Shown here one piece after another: positions 47,285 to 61,200 of a stretch of 64,000 bases of DNA. How positions within the stretch are numbered: position 1 is the stretch's first letter; the number at the start of each line of letters is the position of its first letter. Source of the stretch: Macrostomum lignano (lineage: Eukaryota); contig NIVC01000270.1 in the NCBI GenBank assembly GCA_002269645.1, forward strand, positions 191,347 to 255,346. Reading direction: 5' to 3'. The notes beneath the pieces were generated by a model. That model saw only the letters and a list, made by a program, of their open reading frames with translations, was not told the origin of the DNA and searched no databases. A program made the translations under genes and the position numbers.

Positions 47285-47659
47285 TAGATTTCACCTGAGC
47301 TTGCCTGCTTCTTCTTGAGCGGCTGACTGACTGGCTGTCTTGTGGCTCGCTCGTACAGATATCACTAAAAATGTCCAGGAAGTATCCCATGAAGCAATTC
47401 CGACTCAAATATTTCTAGTGGCTGTTGTTCAGATAATTGGCTTCACAATACAAATCATTCCACCGCCTGCACTGAATTACTGCCTGATTAGCAAATACGA
47501 GATGAAATGAATAAAAATATACCTGAGCAATGCTTGCATTAGTTTAACAGTATAATAGTAACAAAATAATAATTGCAAAATCCGCCTCTGGTATTCGAAA
47601 TTCACACTTGGTTAGTCATTATATACAGTTGGTCATTAGTCAGTCTGTTAATCATCAAC

Positions 47660-48265
47660 TACAACAACAGAATACGCTTCAAGGCCAGGTCGCGGATGAA
47701 CGCCACGCCGCCGGCCGAATCCGGGGCGCCGGCGTCAGCCAGCAGGCAGTCGACGAAACGCCCAGTGCGCGCCTGCCCCTGCCAGTAGGTTGCCTGCAGC
47801 GTTAGCAGCAGCACCTCCTGCACCGGCTCTGGGCAGTACGACTCGGTGCGGATGATGTGGTCTGCCAGCTGGAGTCGCCGACGGCGCAGCAGGGGTCGCT
47901 TGGACGGCCCAAGCCGGCGCGGCGATACAAAGCCGCGTTGGTCACTCGCTCGTAGCCGATCTTGAAGGCGGCGCGCAGCAGGTCAGCGTGCGCCGCGTCA
48001 ACTTGCTGCTCGAGCGACTCCGTCAGCGTCCAGGTCTCGACCACCGCATGGAAAAACGCCGCCCTCTGGCTGTCAGGTAAGGCCTCGGACTGCAGGACTG
48101 CCCTCACAGAACAAAAGGCAGCCCAGGCAAGCCCGCGGCGACGCCGCAAATCCTCGCGGACGCCGGGAACCAGACCGCCGAGGTGGACGAGGTAGCGCGG
48201 AAGCTCTGTCGCCTGTCCATCAGCGCCTCGGCACCAAATCGCAGCCTCGATGTCGTCCGACAGTT
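47660..48265 (-). mobile_element. Degenerate 3' fragment of a non-LTR retrotransposon RT (RTE/L2-like)
   Basis: YLVHLGG…RRRRGLAWAAF…AVVETWTLTESLEQQVDAAHADLLRAA…TNAALYRRAG and, after a frameshift, RRLQLADHIIR: typical RT thumb/C-terminal motifs. Confidence 0.8.
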
Positions 48266-48462
48266 GTCATTTGTCACAGTTCATTAGTCATTTGTCACAG
48301 TTCAATAGTCATTTGTCACAGTTCACAATCAGCAGCGTGCTGCTCACCTGAATTTAGTCAGAGTCCTCGTCGCCTTTGTTGTGAAGAGCGAAGTGTCGAG
48401 ATAGAAGGTCAGGCAAACATAATATCAATGACTGACTGTTTAGATCATCCCTCAGTATTATC

Positions 48463-48910
48463 TGACACTATAACACACTGCACAGCTGCTAGATCTGACA
48501 CTATAGCACACTGCACAGCTGCTAGATCTGACACTATAGCACACTGCACAGCTGCTAGATCTGACACTATAGCACACTGCACAGCTGCTAGATCTGACAC
48601 TATAGCACACTGCACAGCTGCTAGATCTGACACTATAGCACACTGCACAGCTGCTAGATCTGACACTATAGCACACTGCACAGCTGCTAGATCTGACACT
48701 ATAGCACACTGCACAGCTGCTAGATCTGACACTATAGCACACTGCACAGCTGCTAGATCTGACACTATAGCACACTGCACAGCTGCTAGATCTGACACTA
48801 TAGCACACTGCACAGCTGCTAGATCTGACACTATAGCACACTGCACAGCTGCTAGATCTGACACTATAGCACACTGCACAGCTGCTAGATCTGACACTAT
48901 AGCACACTGC
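48463..48910 (+). repeat. Near-perfect 33-bp minisatellite CTGACACTATAGCACACTGCACAGCTGCTAGAT (~13 copies)
   Basis: Direct inspection. Confidence 0.95.
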
Positions 48911-49245
48911 ACCGTCACCTGTGACAGGATGCAGTTTAACTATTAGCGATAAAAGGTTATGCAACGCTTCACATAGTCAGCAAAACCATAATTTTGAAAC
49001 ATCAGAGCCCAGCGCGCAATTGTGCAACTTTATTTATTCAGATTATCAAGCATAGAAATCTATAAAGCCTGAAATAATTTGATGCAACTGTGTTGCACTG
49101 TCTGATTGGAGTCAGATAAGGAATGTTTATGCTAAGCGATGCCACTCGCCTGCTGAATGGCAATATAATGTGACCCTGTCTTGGTCAGCTTTGATGCAAA
49201 TGTCAACTGTTGTTACATTGAATTGCTGGGCTCAAACTGTGCTAA

Positions 49246-52200
49246 ATGACTGTGGGTGGCTCAGCTCTGCTTTGGCTGCTCCTGCTGACCAGCGGGTTGC
49301 TGGGGGCGTCAGAACATTGCCCGACAGTAGCGACCAGAGTCCTCAACAGTAAGCCAAGGATTGTAATCTACTCGCATTCCGAGTACGAGGCTGGCGAGAG
49401 CTACGACAGCCGAGCCAACTGCCTCTACAATGGCGGCGCACCCGAGCCAGCCGGCTACTGGTGGCGGATCACCTTCGAGAAGATCGAGCTGGAAACGTCC
49501 AGCACTTTTCAGCGGTGCAAGTACGACAATTTGACTGTGATGTACATGCTGAACGGGGCCAGGGAGACTCGGGTGCTGTGCGGCCGGCACTCCAATCTCG
49601 TGCTGCTGACTGACGCACCTTTCACACTTCGATTCGTGTCCGACTCCAGCGTGAACATGCGCGGCTTCAAGGTTTACTATGAGCAAGTCAGCCCGGTGGA
49701 GGCCGCGGCCATGATCAGGAGAAATGAGATCAGCCCGGTTTTCCGGACCACAGGTTTGTAGTGCATGAGCTGGATAGATTAGCAATCCATTCAGTATAGA
49801 TAGATTAGCAATCCATTCAGTATAGATGGATTAGCAATCCATTCAGAATAGATAGATTAGCAATCCAAGTCTCCGCTCAGTTTGGTTCCGCTCCCACAGG
49901 AGCAATCCATTCAGTATAGATAGATTAGCAATCCATTCAGTATAGATGGATTAGCAATCCATTCAGAATAGATAGATTAGCAATCCAAGTCTCCGCTCAG
50001 TTTGGTTCCGCTCCCACAGGAGCAATCCATTCAGTATAGATAGATTAGCAATCCATTCAGTATAGATAGATTAGCAATCCAAGTCTCCGCTCAGTTTGGT
50101 TCCGCTCCCACAGGAGCAAGGAACAATCTGCAGTGACCTGATTTCGCTGACTCACCCGCAGGCGCCAGAGGCTCGTGCAGCAGCATTGAACACCCTGGCA
50201 GTCCAGTCCGGTTGGCTGGCAGGTACATCAATACAACCGTGTTGGAAATGTCATCTGCTGATGGCAGCTACATTCACAACGCCGACTGCAGCTGGTCCCT
50301 GCGCGGCAGCAACCCTCTACAAGCGGTTTTCATCAAGTTCGACCGGGTGCAGCTCGAGGGCAGTTATCACAGCCCGTGCGTCCTTGACAACCTGACCGTC
50401 TCCTACCAGCTGAGGGGCAGCTCGTCAAGCCAGCGGCGGGTGTTCTGCAAGCTCAGAAGGCCCATCCAGTTGGTCAGCCAGGGCAGCGCCACTTTGGAGC
50501 TGCGAACAGATTCCAGCGTCGGCACAGGCTTCAGAGTCACCTGGTTCGCTGCGGACTTCTCCGAGCTGATTCCGGGCCAGTTTCAGACTAGCAGAGAGTT
50601 CATTGATGGTTAATAAAAAAGAGTTTATCATTAAATTGCTGATCTCTAGTCTCCCTCTTGCTTCAGCATCAAGCTTCCAGTCTCCATCGTGCTTCATCTT
50701 CAAGCTTCCAGTCTCCATCGTGCTTCATCATCAAGCTTCCTGTCTCTTTTTTGCTTCATCATGCTTCCAGTCTCCATCGTGCTTCATCATCAAGCCTTCA
50801 GTCTCCATCGTGCTTCATCTTCAAGCTTCCAGTCTCCATCGTGCTTCATCATCAAGCTTCCAGTCTCCTTTCTGCATCATCATCAAGCTTCCAGTCTCAT
50901 TTTTGCATCATCATCAAGCCTTCAGTCTCATTTTTGCTTCATCATCAAGCTTCCGGTCTCCTTTGTTTCATCACCAAGCTTCCAGTCTCTCTCATACTTC
51001 ATAATTAAGCTTCCGGTCTCCGTCATACTTCGTCACCAAGTTTCCAGTCTCCCACATGCTTCATCATGTGCTCATCAGCCTCTCAGCCTCATGCCTAATA
51101 GCACTGCCTCGCACCCGCAGAGCAGTGCCCAGAGAAGGTATCTATGCCCGACGGCGGCGGAATAAGACTGTACTATGATCCGCCACAGTCGTACGAACCT
51201 GGCATGTCCTGCAGCTGGACTGTGTCAGTTCCATCTGGCAAGGTGGCCGAGTTTTCATTTAACAAATTTAAATTGGCGCGCCGTATGTTCCGGTTTGGGA
51301 GGCCTTTCAGTTATTATAACATCACGCGGCGTATCCGTGAGTGCGACGAGGGCTGCGAGGCACTGAGGGGGGAAGCAAGGGGAGCGGAGGGAGCGGTGAA
51401 GGAGTGTAAACAGTGAAGGAGGGTAAGCGGTGAAGGGGGTTAGTCGTGAAGGAGGCTAGTGGTGAAGGAGGCTAGTGGTGAAGGAGGCTAGTGGTGAAGG
51501 AGGCTAGTGGTGAAGGGGGCTAGTGGTGAAGGAGGCTAGTGGTGAAGGAGGCTAGTGGTGAAGGAGGCTAGTGGTGAAGGAGGCTAGTGGTGAAGGGGGC
51601 CAGTGGTGAAGGAGGCTAGTGGTGAAGGAGGCTAGCGGTGAAGGAGGCTAGTGGTGAAGGGGGCTAGTGGTGAAGGGGGCTAGTGGTGAAGGGGGCTAAT
51701 GGTGAAGGAGACTAGTGGTGAAGGAGGCTAGTGGTGAAGGAGGCTAGCGGTGAAGGAGGCTAGCGGTGAAGGAGGCTAGCGGTGAAGGAGGGTAAGCGGT
51801 GAATTGGAGGGTGAAGGAGGATCGGTAGGTAGCGGGTCTCTAGTCACACAAAAAACAGTTTGCTAATCTTTTTTTCTCGCTCCAACTGTCCTGCAGACTT
51901 CTGCCCGATGTCCAACGATTATGTTTCCATCACGTACAGTCAGTTCTCTGAGTACGGAGGAAGCAGAGAGTCCAAACGGTTCTGCGCAAACAGTGACGTC
52001 CAGCTGGGCGAGAAAGTTGTTACGGCTGTCGGCAGCGTTCAGATCAAGTTCCAGTCGCATCTCAGAATAGGGTCACGCAGAGATGCACGGGGATTCGAGC
52101 TTTTCTATCGGTTCGTTGATCGATCCACTCCCTGTAAGCAGCCTGATACTTTGTTTCACTTTAATGCACCCCATGCCCGCCACCCCAAAAACCCCATGCC

Positions 52201-55200
52201 TGCCACCCCAAACACCCATGCCCGCTACTCCAAAACACCCCATGCCCGCCACCCCAAACACCCCATGACCGCCACCCCAAGCACCCCATGCCCGCCACCC
52301 CAAACCCCCCATGCCTGCCACCCCAAGTATCCCATTCCCGCCACCCCATACACCCCATGCCCGCCACCCCAAACACCCCATGCCTGCCAACCCCATGCCT
52401 GCCACCCCAAACACCCCATGCCCGCCACCCCAAAACAGCCCATAACCGCCGCCCCAAAAAGTGTCAAGCAGTCGCCACTCCGCGCCGCCCGCAGTGCTCG
52501 GCTCGTGCCCGCAGCCACGCCAACTCAGCCCCTACAAAAGCACGATTTCCGTTCCACGGGATACATTGCCGGTTCTTGCCGGCAAAAACCAATGTTCGTG
52601 GGTGCTGCGGCCGCGAGATTCGCAGCACTTGTTGTCACTGTCGCTCAACTTGGAGCATCCAATTTTTTCATTTCGCAGGACTCCAGATGAGTAAGTGGGT
52701 CGATGACAACTGTCAGGGTGCGTGCACAGAGGCGATTCTCAAATTTTCACGTTTAAAACCCGCCATTGATGGAGTCCTGCACTGAGTCCTGGATTGAGTA
52801 TTGGATTGAGTATTGGATTGAGTATTGGATTGAGTATTGGATTGAGTATTGGATTGAGTCCTGGATTGAGTATTGGATTGAGTATTGGATTGAGTCCTGG
52901 ATTGAGTCCTGGATTGAGTATTGGATTGAGTATTGGATTGAGTCCTGGATTGAGTCCTGGATTGAGTCCTGGATTGAGTATTGGATTGAGTATTGGATTG
53001 AGTCCTGGATTGAGTCCTGGATTGAGTATTGGATTGAGTATTGGATTGAGTATTGGATTGAGTCCTGGATTGAGTCCTGGATTGAGTCCTGGATTGAGTA
53101 TTGGATTGAGTATTAGATTGAGTGTTAGATTGAGTATTGGATTGAGTATTGGATTGAGTATTGGATTGAGTATTGGATTGAGTATTGGATTGAGTATTGG
53201 ATTGAGTATTGGATTGAGTATTGGATTGATTATTGGATTGAGTCCTGGATTGAGTATTGGATTGAGTATTAGATTGAGTATTAGATTGAGTATTGGATTG
53301 AGTATTGGATTGAGTCCTGGATTAAGTCCTGGATTGAGTCAATATCAAAACCTTAAATTCTTTTACACATTTTGATACGTTATACTCTACTACTCGTATA
53401 TAGTAGCAAGAAAAGAATGCGAATAATGCGATATAAATTCTCATTACTTTTAGAGCCTCAGCAATGTATCCAGGTTTAAGCGGGCCCTGCGAGCCGAGGG
53501 TTGGCTTTCGATCCAGCGCGAGAGTCCTGCCGGACGAGGACGACCCCGAGGCAGTCGGCACGAGACGGATTTTCAGCGAGGACTTCTGCACGTTTGCCAA
53601 CAACAAACCTGTCGGCCTCTTCGTCGGCGATGTGAACGTGACAATCTCAACGAGGCGGCCTGAACTCAATCTCATGGGCTTTAACCTCACCATTTTCAAC
53701 ATTCCAAAGCCGAAGACGGGTGCGAATCCTGATTTAGATTCCAGATCTCTTCTCAGATTCCCGATCTCTTCTCAGATTCCCGATCTCTTCTCAGATTCCC
53801 GATCTCTTGTCAGATTCCCGATCTCTTCTCAGATTCCCGATCTCTTCTCAGATTCCCGATCTCTTGTCAGATTCCCGATCTCTTCTCAGATTCCCTCCCG
53901 ATCTCTTCTCAGATTCCCGATCTCTTCTCAGATTCCCGATCTCTTCTCAGATTCCCTCCCGATCTCTTCTCAGATTCCCTCCCGATCTCTTCTCAGATTC
54001 CCGATCTCTTCTCAGATTCCCGATCTCTTCTCAGATTCCCGATCTCTTGTCAGATTCCCGATCTCTTCTCAGATTCCCGATCTCTTCTCAGATTCCCGAT
54101 CTCTTCTCAGATTCCCGATCTCTTGTCAGATTCCCGATCTCTTGTCAGATTCCCGATCTCTTCTCAGATTCCCTCCCGATCTCTTCTCAGATTCCCGATC
54201 TCTTGTCAGATTCCCGATCTCTTCTCAGATTCCCGATCTCTTCTCAGATTCCCTCCCGATCTCTTCTCAGATTCCCGATCTCTTCTCAGATTCCCGATCT
54301 CTTCTCAGATTCCCGATCTCTTCTCAGATTCCCGATCTCTTGTCAGATTCCCGATCTCTTCTCAGATTCCCTCCCGATCTCTTCTCAGATTCCCGATCTC
54401 TTGTCAGATTCCCGATCTCTTGTCAGATTCCCGATCTCTTCTCAGATTCCCTCCCGATCTCTTCTCAGATTCCCGATCTCTTCTCAGATTCCCGATCTCT
54501 CAGATTCCCGATCTCTTCTCAGATTCCCGATCTCTTCTCAGATTTCCCGATCTCTTCTCAGATTCCCGATCTCTTCTCAGATTCCCGATCTCTTCTCAGA
54601 TTCCCGATCTCTTCTCAGATTCCCGATCTCTTCTCAGATTCCCGATCTCTTCTCAGATTCCCGATCTCTTCTCAGATTCCCGATCTCTTCTCAGATTCCC
54701 GATCTCTTCTCAGATTCCCGATCTCTTGTCAGATTCCCGATCTCTTGTCAGATTCCCGATCTCTTCTCAGATTCCCGATCTCTTCTCAGATTCCCGATCT
54801 CTTCTCAGATTCCCGATCTCTTCTCAGATTCCCGATCTCTTCTCAGATTCCCGATCTCTTCTCAGATTCCCGATCTCTTCTCAGATTCCCGATCTCTTCT
54901 CAGATTCCCGATCTCTTCTCAGATTCCCGATCTCTTCTCAGATTCCCGATCTCTTCTCAGATTCCCGATCTCTTCTCAGATTCCCGATCTCTTGTCAGAT
55001 TCCCGATCTCTCAGATTCCCGATCTCTTCTCAGATTCCCTCCCGATCTCTTCTCAGATTCCCGATCTCTTGTCAGATTCCCGATCTCTTCTCAGATTCCC
55101 AATCTCTTCTCAGATTCCCTCCCGATCTCTTCTCAGATTCCCGATCTCTTCTCAGATTCCCGATCTCTTCTCAGATTCCCGATCTCTTCTCAGATTCCCG

Positions 55201-58200
55201 ATCTCTTCTCAGATTCCCGATCTCTTCTCAGATTCCCGATCTCTTCTCAGATTCCCGATCTCTTCTCAGATTCCCGATCTCTTCTCAGATTCCCGATCTC
55301 TTCTCAGATTCCCGATCTCTTCTCAGATTCCCGATCTCTTCTCAGATTCCCGATCTCTTCTCAGATTCCCGATCTCTTCTCAGATTCCCGATCTCTTCTC
55401 AGATTCCCGATCTCTTCTCAGATTCCCGATCTCTTCTCAGATTCCCGATCTCTTCTCAGATTCCCGATCTCTTCTCAGATTCCCGATCTCTTCTCAGATT
55501 CCCGATCTCTTCTCAGATTCCCGATCTCTTCTCAGATTCCCGATCTCTTCTCAGATTCCCGATCTCTTCTCAGATTCCCGATCTCTTCTCAGATTCCCGA
55601 TCTCTTCTCAGATTCCCGATCTCTTCTCAGATTCCCGATCTCTTCTCAGATTCCCGATCTCTTCTCAGATTCCCGATCTCTTCTCAGATTCCCGATCTCT
55701 TCTCAGATTCCCGATCTCTTCTCAGATTCCCGATCTCTTCTCAGATTCCCCCGATCTCTTCTCAGATTCCCGATCTCTTCTCAGATTCCCGATCTTCTCA
55801 GATTCCCGATCTCTTCTCAGATTCCCGATCTTCTCAGATTCCCGATCTCTTCTCAGATTCCCGATCTCTTCTCAGATTCCCGATCTCTTCTCAGATTCCC
55901 GATCTCTTCTCAGATTCCCGATCTCTTCTCAGATTCCCGATCTCTTCTCAGATTCCCGATCTCTTCTCAGATTCCCGATCTCTTCTCAGATTCCCAATCT
56001 CTTCTCAGATTCCCGATCTCTTCTCAGATTCCCGATCTCTTCTCAGATTCCCAATCTCTTCTCAGATTCCCGATCTCTTCTCAGATTCCCAATCTCTTCT
56101 CAGATTCCCAATCTCTTCTCAGATTCCCGATCTCTTCTCAGATTCCCGATCTCTTCTCAGATTCCCGATCTCTTCTCAGATTCCCGATCTCTTCTCAGAT
56201 TCCCGATCTCTTCTCAGATTCCCGATCTCTTCTCAGATTCCCGATCTCTCAGATTCCCGATCTCTTCTCAGATTCCCGATCTTCTCAGATTCCCGATCTC
56301 TTCTCAGATTCCCGATCTCTTCTCAGATTCCCGATCTCTTCTCAGATTCCCGATCTCTTCTCAGATTCCCGATCTCTTCTCAGATTCCCGATCTCTTCTC
56401 AGATTCCCGATCTCTTCTCAGATTCCCGATCTCTTCTCAGATTCCCGATCTCTCAGATTCCCGATCTCTTCTCAGATTCCCGATCTCTCAGATTCCCGAT
56501 CTCTTCTCAGATTCCCGATCTCTCAGATTCTCGATCTCTCAGATTCCCGATCTCTTCTCAGATTCCCGATCTCTCAGATTCTCGATCTCTCAGATTCCCG
56601 ATCTCTCAGATTCCGATCTCTCAGATTCCCGATCTCTCAGATTCCCGATCTCTCAGATTCCCGATCTCTCAGATTCCCGATCTCTCAGATTCCCGATCTC
56701 TCAGATTCCCGATCTCTCAGATTCCCGATCTCTCAGATTCCCGATCTCTCAGATTCCCGATCTCTTCTCAGATTCCCGATCTCTCAGATTCCCGATCTCT
56801 CAGATTCCGATCTCTCAGATTCCCGATCTCTCAGATTCCCGATCTCTCTCAGATTCCCGATCTCTCAGATTCCCGATCTCTCAGATTCCCGATCTCTCAG
56901 ATTCCCGATCTCTCAGATTCTCGATCTCTCAGATTCCGATCTCTCAGATTCTCGATCTCTCAGATTCCCGATCTCTCAGATTCCCGATCTCTCAGATTCC
57001 CGATCTCTCTCAGATTCCCGATCTCTCAGATTCCCGATCTCTCTCAGATTCCCGATCTCTCAGATTCCCGATCTCTCAGATTCCCGATCTCTCAGATTCC
57101 CGATCTCTCAGATTCCCGATCTCTCAGATTCCCGATCTCTCAGATTCCCGATCTCTCAGATTCCCGATCTCTCAGATTCCCGATCTCTCAGATTCCCGAT
57201 CTCTCAGATTCCCGATCTCTCAGATTCCCGATCTCTCAGATTCCCGATCTCTCAGATTCCCGATCTCTCAGATTCCCGATCTCTCAGATTCCCGATCTCT
57301 CAGATTCCCGATCTCTCAGATTCCCGATCTCTCAGATTCCGATCTCTCAGATTCCCGATCTCTCAGATTCCCGATCTCTCTCAGATTCCCGATCTCTCAG
57401 ATTCCCGATCTCTCAGATTCCGATCTCTCAGATTCCCGATCTCTCAGATTCTCGATCTCTCAGATTCCCGATCTCTCAGATTCCCGATCTCTCAGATTCC
57501 CGATCTCTCAGATTCCCGATCTCTCAGATTCCCGATCTCTTCTCAGATTCCCGATCTCTCAGATTCCCGATCTCTTCTCAGATTCCCGATCTCTCAGATT
57601 CCCGATCTCTTCTCAGATTCCCGATCTCTCAGATTCCCGATCTCTCAGATTCCCGATCTCTCAGATTCCCGATCTCTCAGATTCCCGATCTCTCAGATTC
57701 CCGATCTCTCAGATTCCCGATCTCTCAGATTCCCGATCTCTCAGATTCCCGATCTCTCAGATTCCCGATCTCTCAGATTCCCGATCTCTTCTCAGATTCC
57801 CGATCTCTCAGATTCCCGATCTCTCAGATTCCCGATCTCTTCTCAGATTCCCGATCTCTTCTCAGATTCCCGATCTCTTCTCAGATTCCCGATCTCTCAG
57901 ATTCCCGATCTCTTCTCAGATTCCCGATCTCTTCTCAGATTCCCGATCTCTTCTCAGATTCCCGATCTCTTCTCAGATTCCCGATCTCTTCTCAGATTCC
58001 CGATCTCTTCTCAGATTCCCGATCTCTTCTCAGATTCCCGATCTCTTCTCAGATTCCCGATCTCTTCTCAGATTCCCGATCTCTTCTCAGATTCCCGATC
58101 TCTTCTCAGATTCCCGATCTCTTCTCAGATTCCCGATCTCTTCTCAGATTCCCGATCTCTTCTCAGATTCCCGATCTCTCAGATTCCCGATCTCTTCTCA

Positions 58201-61200
58201 GATTCCCGATCTCTTCTCAGATTCCCGATCTCTTCTCAGATTCCCGATCTCTCAGATTCCCGATCTCTTCTCAGATTCCCGATCTCTTCTCAGATTCCCG
58301 ATCTCTTCTCAGATTCCCGATCTCTTCTCAGATTCCCGATCTCTTCTCAGATTCCCGATCTCTTCTCAGATTCCCGATCTCTTCTCAGATTCCCGATCTC
58401 TTCTCAGATTCCCGATCTCTTCTCAGATTCCCGATCTCTTCTCAGATTCCCTCCCGATCTCTTCTCAGATTCCCAATCTCTTGTCAGATTCCCGATCTCT
58501 TCTCAGATTCCCGATCTCTTGTCAGATTCCCGATCTCTTCTCAGATTCCCGATCTCTTCTCAGATCCCTCCCGATCTCTTCTCAGATTCCCGATCTCTTC
58601 TCAGATTCCCGATCTCTTCTCAGATTCCCGATCTCTTCTCAGATTCCCGATCTCTTCTCAGATTCCCGATCTCTTCTCAGATTCCCGATCTCTTCTCAGA
58701 TTCCCGATCTCTTCTCAGATTCCCGATCTCTTCTCAGATTCCCGATCTCTTGTCAGATTCCCGATCTCTCAGATTCCCGATCTCTTCTCAGATTTCCCGA
58801 TCTCTTCTCAGATTCCCGATCTCTTGTCAGATTTCCCGATCTCTTCTCAGATTCCCAATCTCTTCTCAGATTTCCCGATCTCTTCTCAGATTCCCGATCT
58901 CTTCTCAGATTCCCGATCTCTCAGATTCCCGATCTCTTCTCAGATTCCCGATCTCTTCTCAGATTCCTCCCGATCTCTTTCAGATTCCCGATCTCTTCTC
59001 AGATTCCCGATCTCTTCTCAGATTCCCGATCTCTTCTCAGATTCCCGATCTCTTCTCAGATTTCCCGATCTCTTCTCAGATTCCCGATCTCTTCTCAGAT
59101 TCCCGATCTCTTCTCAGATTCCCTCCCGATCTCTTCTCAGATTCCCGATCTCTTCTCAGATTCCCGATCTCTTCTCAGATTCCGATCTCTTCTCAGATTC
59201 CCGATCTCTTCTCAGATTCCCGATCTCTTCTCAGATTCCCGATCTCTTCTCAGATTCCCGATCTCTTCTCAGATTCCCGATCTCTTGTCAGATTCCCGAT
59301 CTCTTCTCAGATTCCCGATCTCTTCTCGGATTCCCGATCTCTTCTCAGATTCCCAATCTCTTCTCAGATTCCCGATCTCTTGTCAGATTCCCGATCTCTC
59401 AGATTCCCGATCTCTTCTCAGATTCCCTCCCGATCTCTTCTCAGATTCCCGATCTCTTGTCAGATTCCCGATCTCTTCTCAGATTCCCAATCTCTTCTCA
59501 GATTCCCTCCCGATCTCTTCTCAGATTCCCGATCTCTTCTCAGATTCCCGATCTCTCAGATTCCCGATCTCTTCTCAGATTCCCGATCTCTCAGATTCCC
59601 GATCTCTTCTCAGATTCCCGATCTCTTCTCAGATTCCCGATCTCTCAGATTCCCGATCTCTTCTCAGATTCCCGATCTCTTCTCAGATTCCCGATCTCTT
59701 CTCAGATTCCCAATCTCTTCTCAGATTCCCGATCTCTTCTCAGATTCCCAATCTCTTCTCAGATTCCCGATCTCTTCTCAGATTCCCGATCTCTTCTCAG
59801 ATTCCCAATCTCTTCTCAGATTCCCGATCTCTTCTCAGATTCCCAATCTCTTCTCAGATTCCCGATCTCTTCTCAGATTCCCAATCTCTTCTCAGATTCC
59901 CAATCTCTTCTCAGATTCCCGATCTCTTCTCAGATTCCCGATCTCTTCTCAGATTCCCAATCTCTTCTCAGATTCCCGATCTCTTCTCAGATTCCCGATC
60001 TCTCAGATTCCCGATCTCTTCTCAGATTCCCGATCTCTCAGATTCCCGATCTCTTCTCAGATTCCCGATCTCTTCTCAGATTCCCGATCTCTTCTCAGAT
60101 TCCCGATCTCTTCTCAGATTCCCGATCTCTTCTCAGATTCCCGATCTCTTCTCAGATTCCCGATCTCTTCTCAGATTCCCGATCTCTCAGATTCCCGATC
60201 TCTCAGATTCCCGATCTCTTCTCAGATTCCCGATCTCTCAGATTCCCGATCTCTTCTCAGATTCCCGATCTCTCAGATTCTCGATCTCTCAGATTCTCGA
60301 TCTCTTCTCAGATTCCCGATCTCTCAGATTCTCGATCTCTCAGATTCCCGATCTCTCAGATTTCCGATCTCTCAGATTCCCGATCTCTCAGATTCTCGAT
60401 CTCTCAGATTCCCAATCTCTCAGATTCCCGATCTCTCAGATTCCCGATCTCTCAGATTCCCGATCTCTCAGATTCCCGATCTCTCAGATTCCCGATCTCT
60501 CAGATTCCCGATCTCTTCTCAGATTCCCGATCTCTCAGATTCCCGATCTCTCAGATTCTCGATCTCTCAGATTCCCGATCTCTCAGATTCCCGATCTCTT
60601 CTCAGATTCCCGATCTCTCAGATTCCCGATCTCTCAGATTCCCGATCTCTCAGATTCCCGATCTCTCAGATTCTCGATCTCTCAGATTTCCGATCTCTCA
60701 GATTCTCGATCTCTCAGATTCCCGATCTCTCAGATTCCCGATCTCTCAGATTCCCGATCTCTTCTCAGATTCCCGATCTCTCAGATTCCCGATCTCTTCT
60801 CAGATTCCCGATCTCTCAGATTCCCGATCTCTTCTCAGATTCCCGATCTCTCAGATTCCCGATCTCTCAGATTCCCGATCTCTCAGATTCCCGATCTCTT
60901 CTCAGATTCCGCGATCTCTCAGATTCCCGATCTCTCAGATTCCCGATCTCTCAGATTCTCGATCTCTCAGATTCCCGATCTCTCAGATTCCCGATCTCTC
61001 AGATTCCCGATCTCTTCTCAGATTCCCGATCTCTCAGATTCCCGATCTCTCAGATTCCCGATCTCTTCTCAGATTCCCGATCTCTCAGATTCCCGATCTC
61101 TCAGATTCTCGATCTCTCAGATTCCCGATCTCTCAGATTCCCGATCTCTTCTCAGATTCCCGATCTCTCAGATTCCCGATCTCTCAGATTCTCGATCTCT

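Noticed and set aside
48463-48910. TGACACTATAG in the 33-bp unit matches the 3' part of the SP6 phage promoter
   Set aside because: The upstream ATTTAGG is absent and the match is 11 bp inside a genomic minisatellite; treated as coincidence, not vector contamination.
52679-52785. Protein-like GLQMSKWVDDNCQGAC as an extra CUB exon
   Set aside because: A phase-1 junction from 52133 would create TGA. The perfect donor GTAAGT at 52691 joins in phase to 53454 and explains the structure without it.
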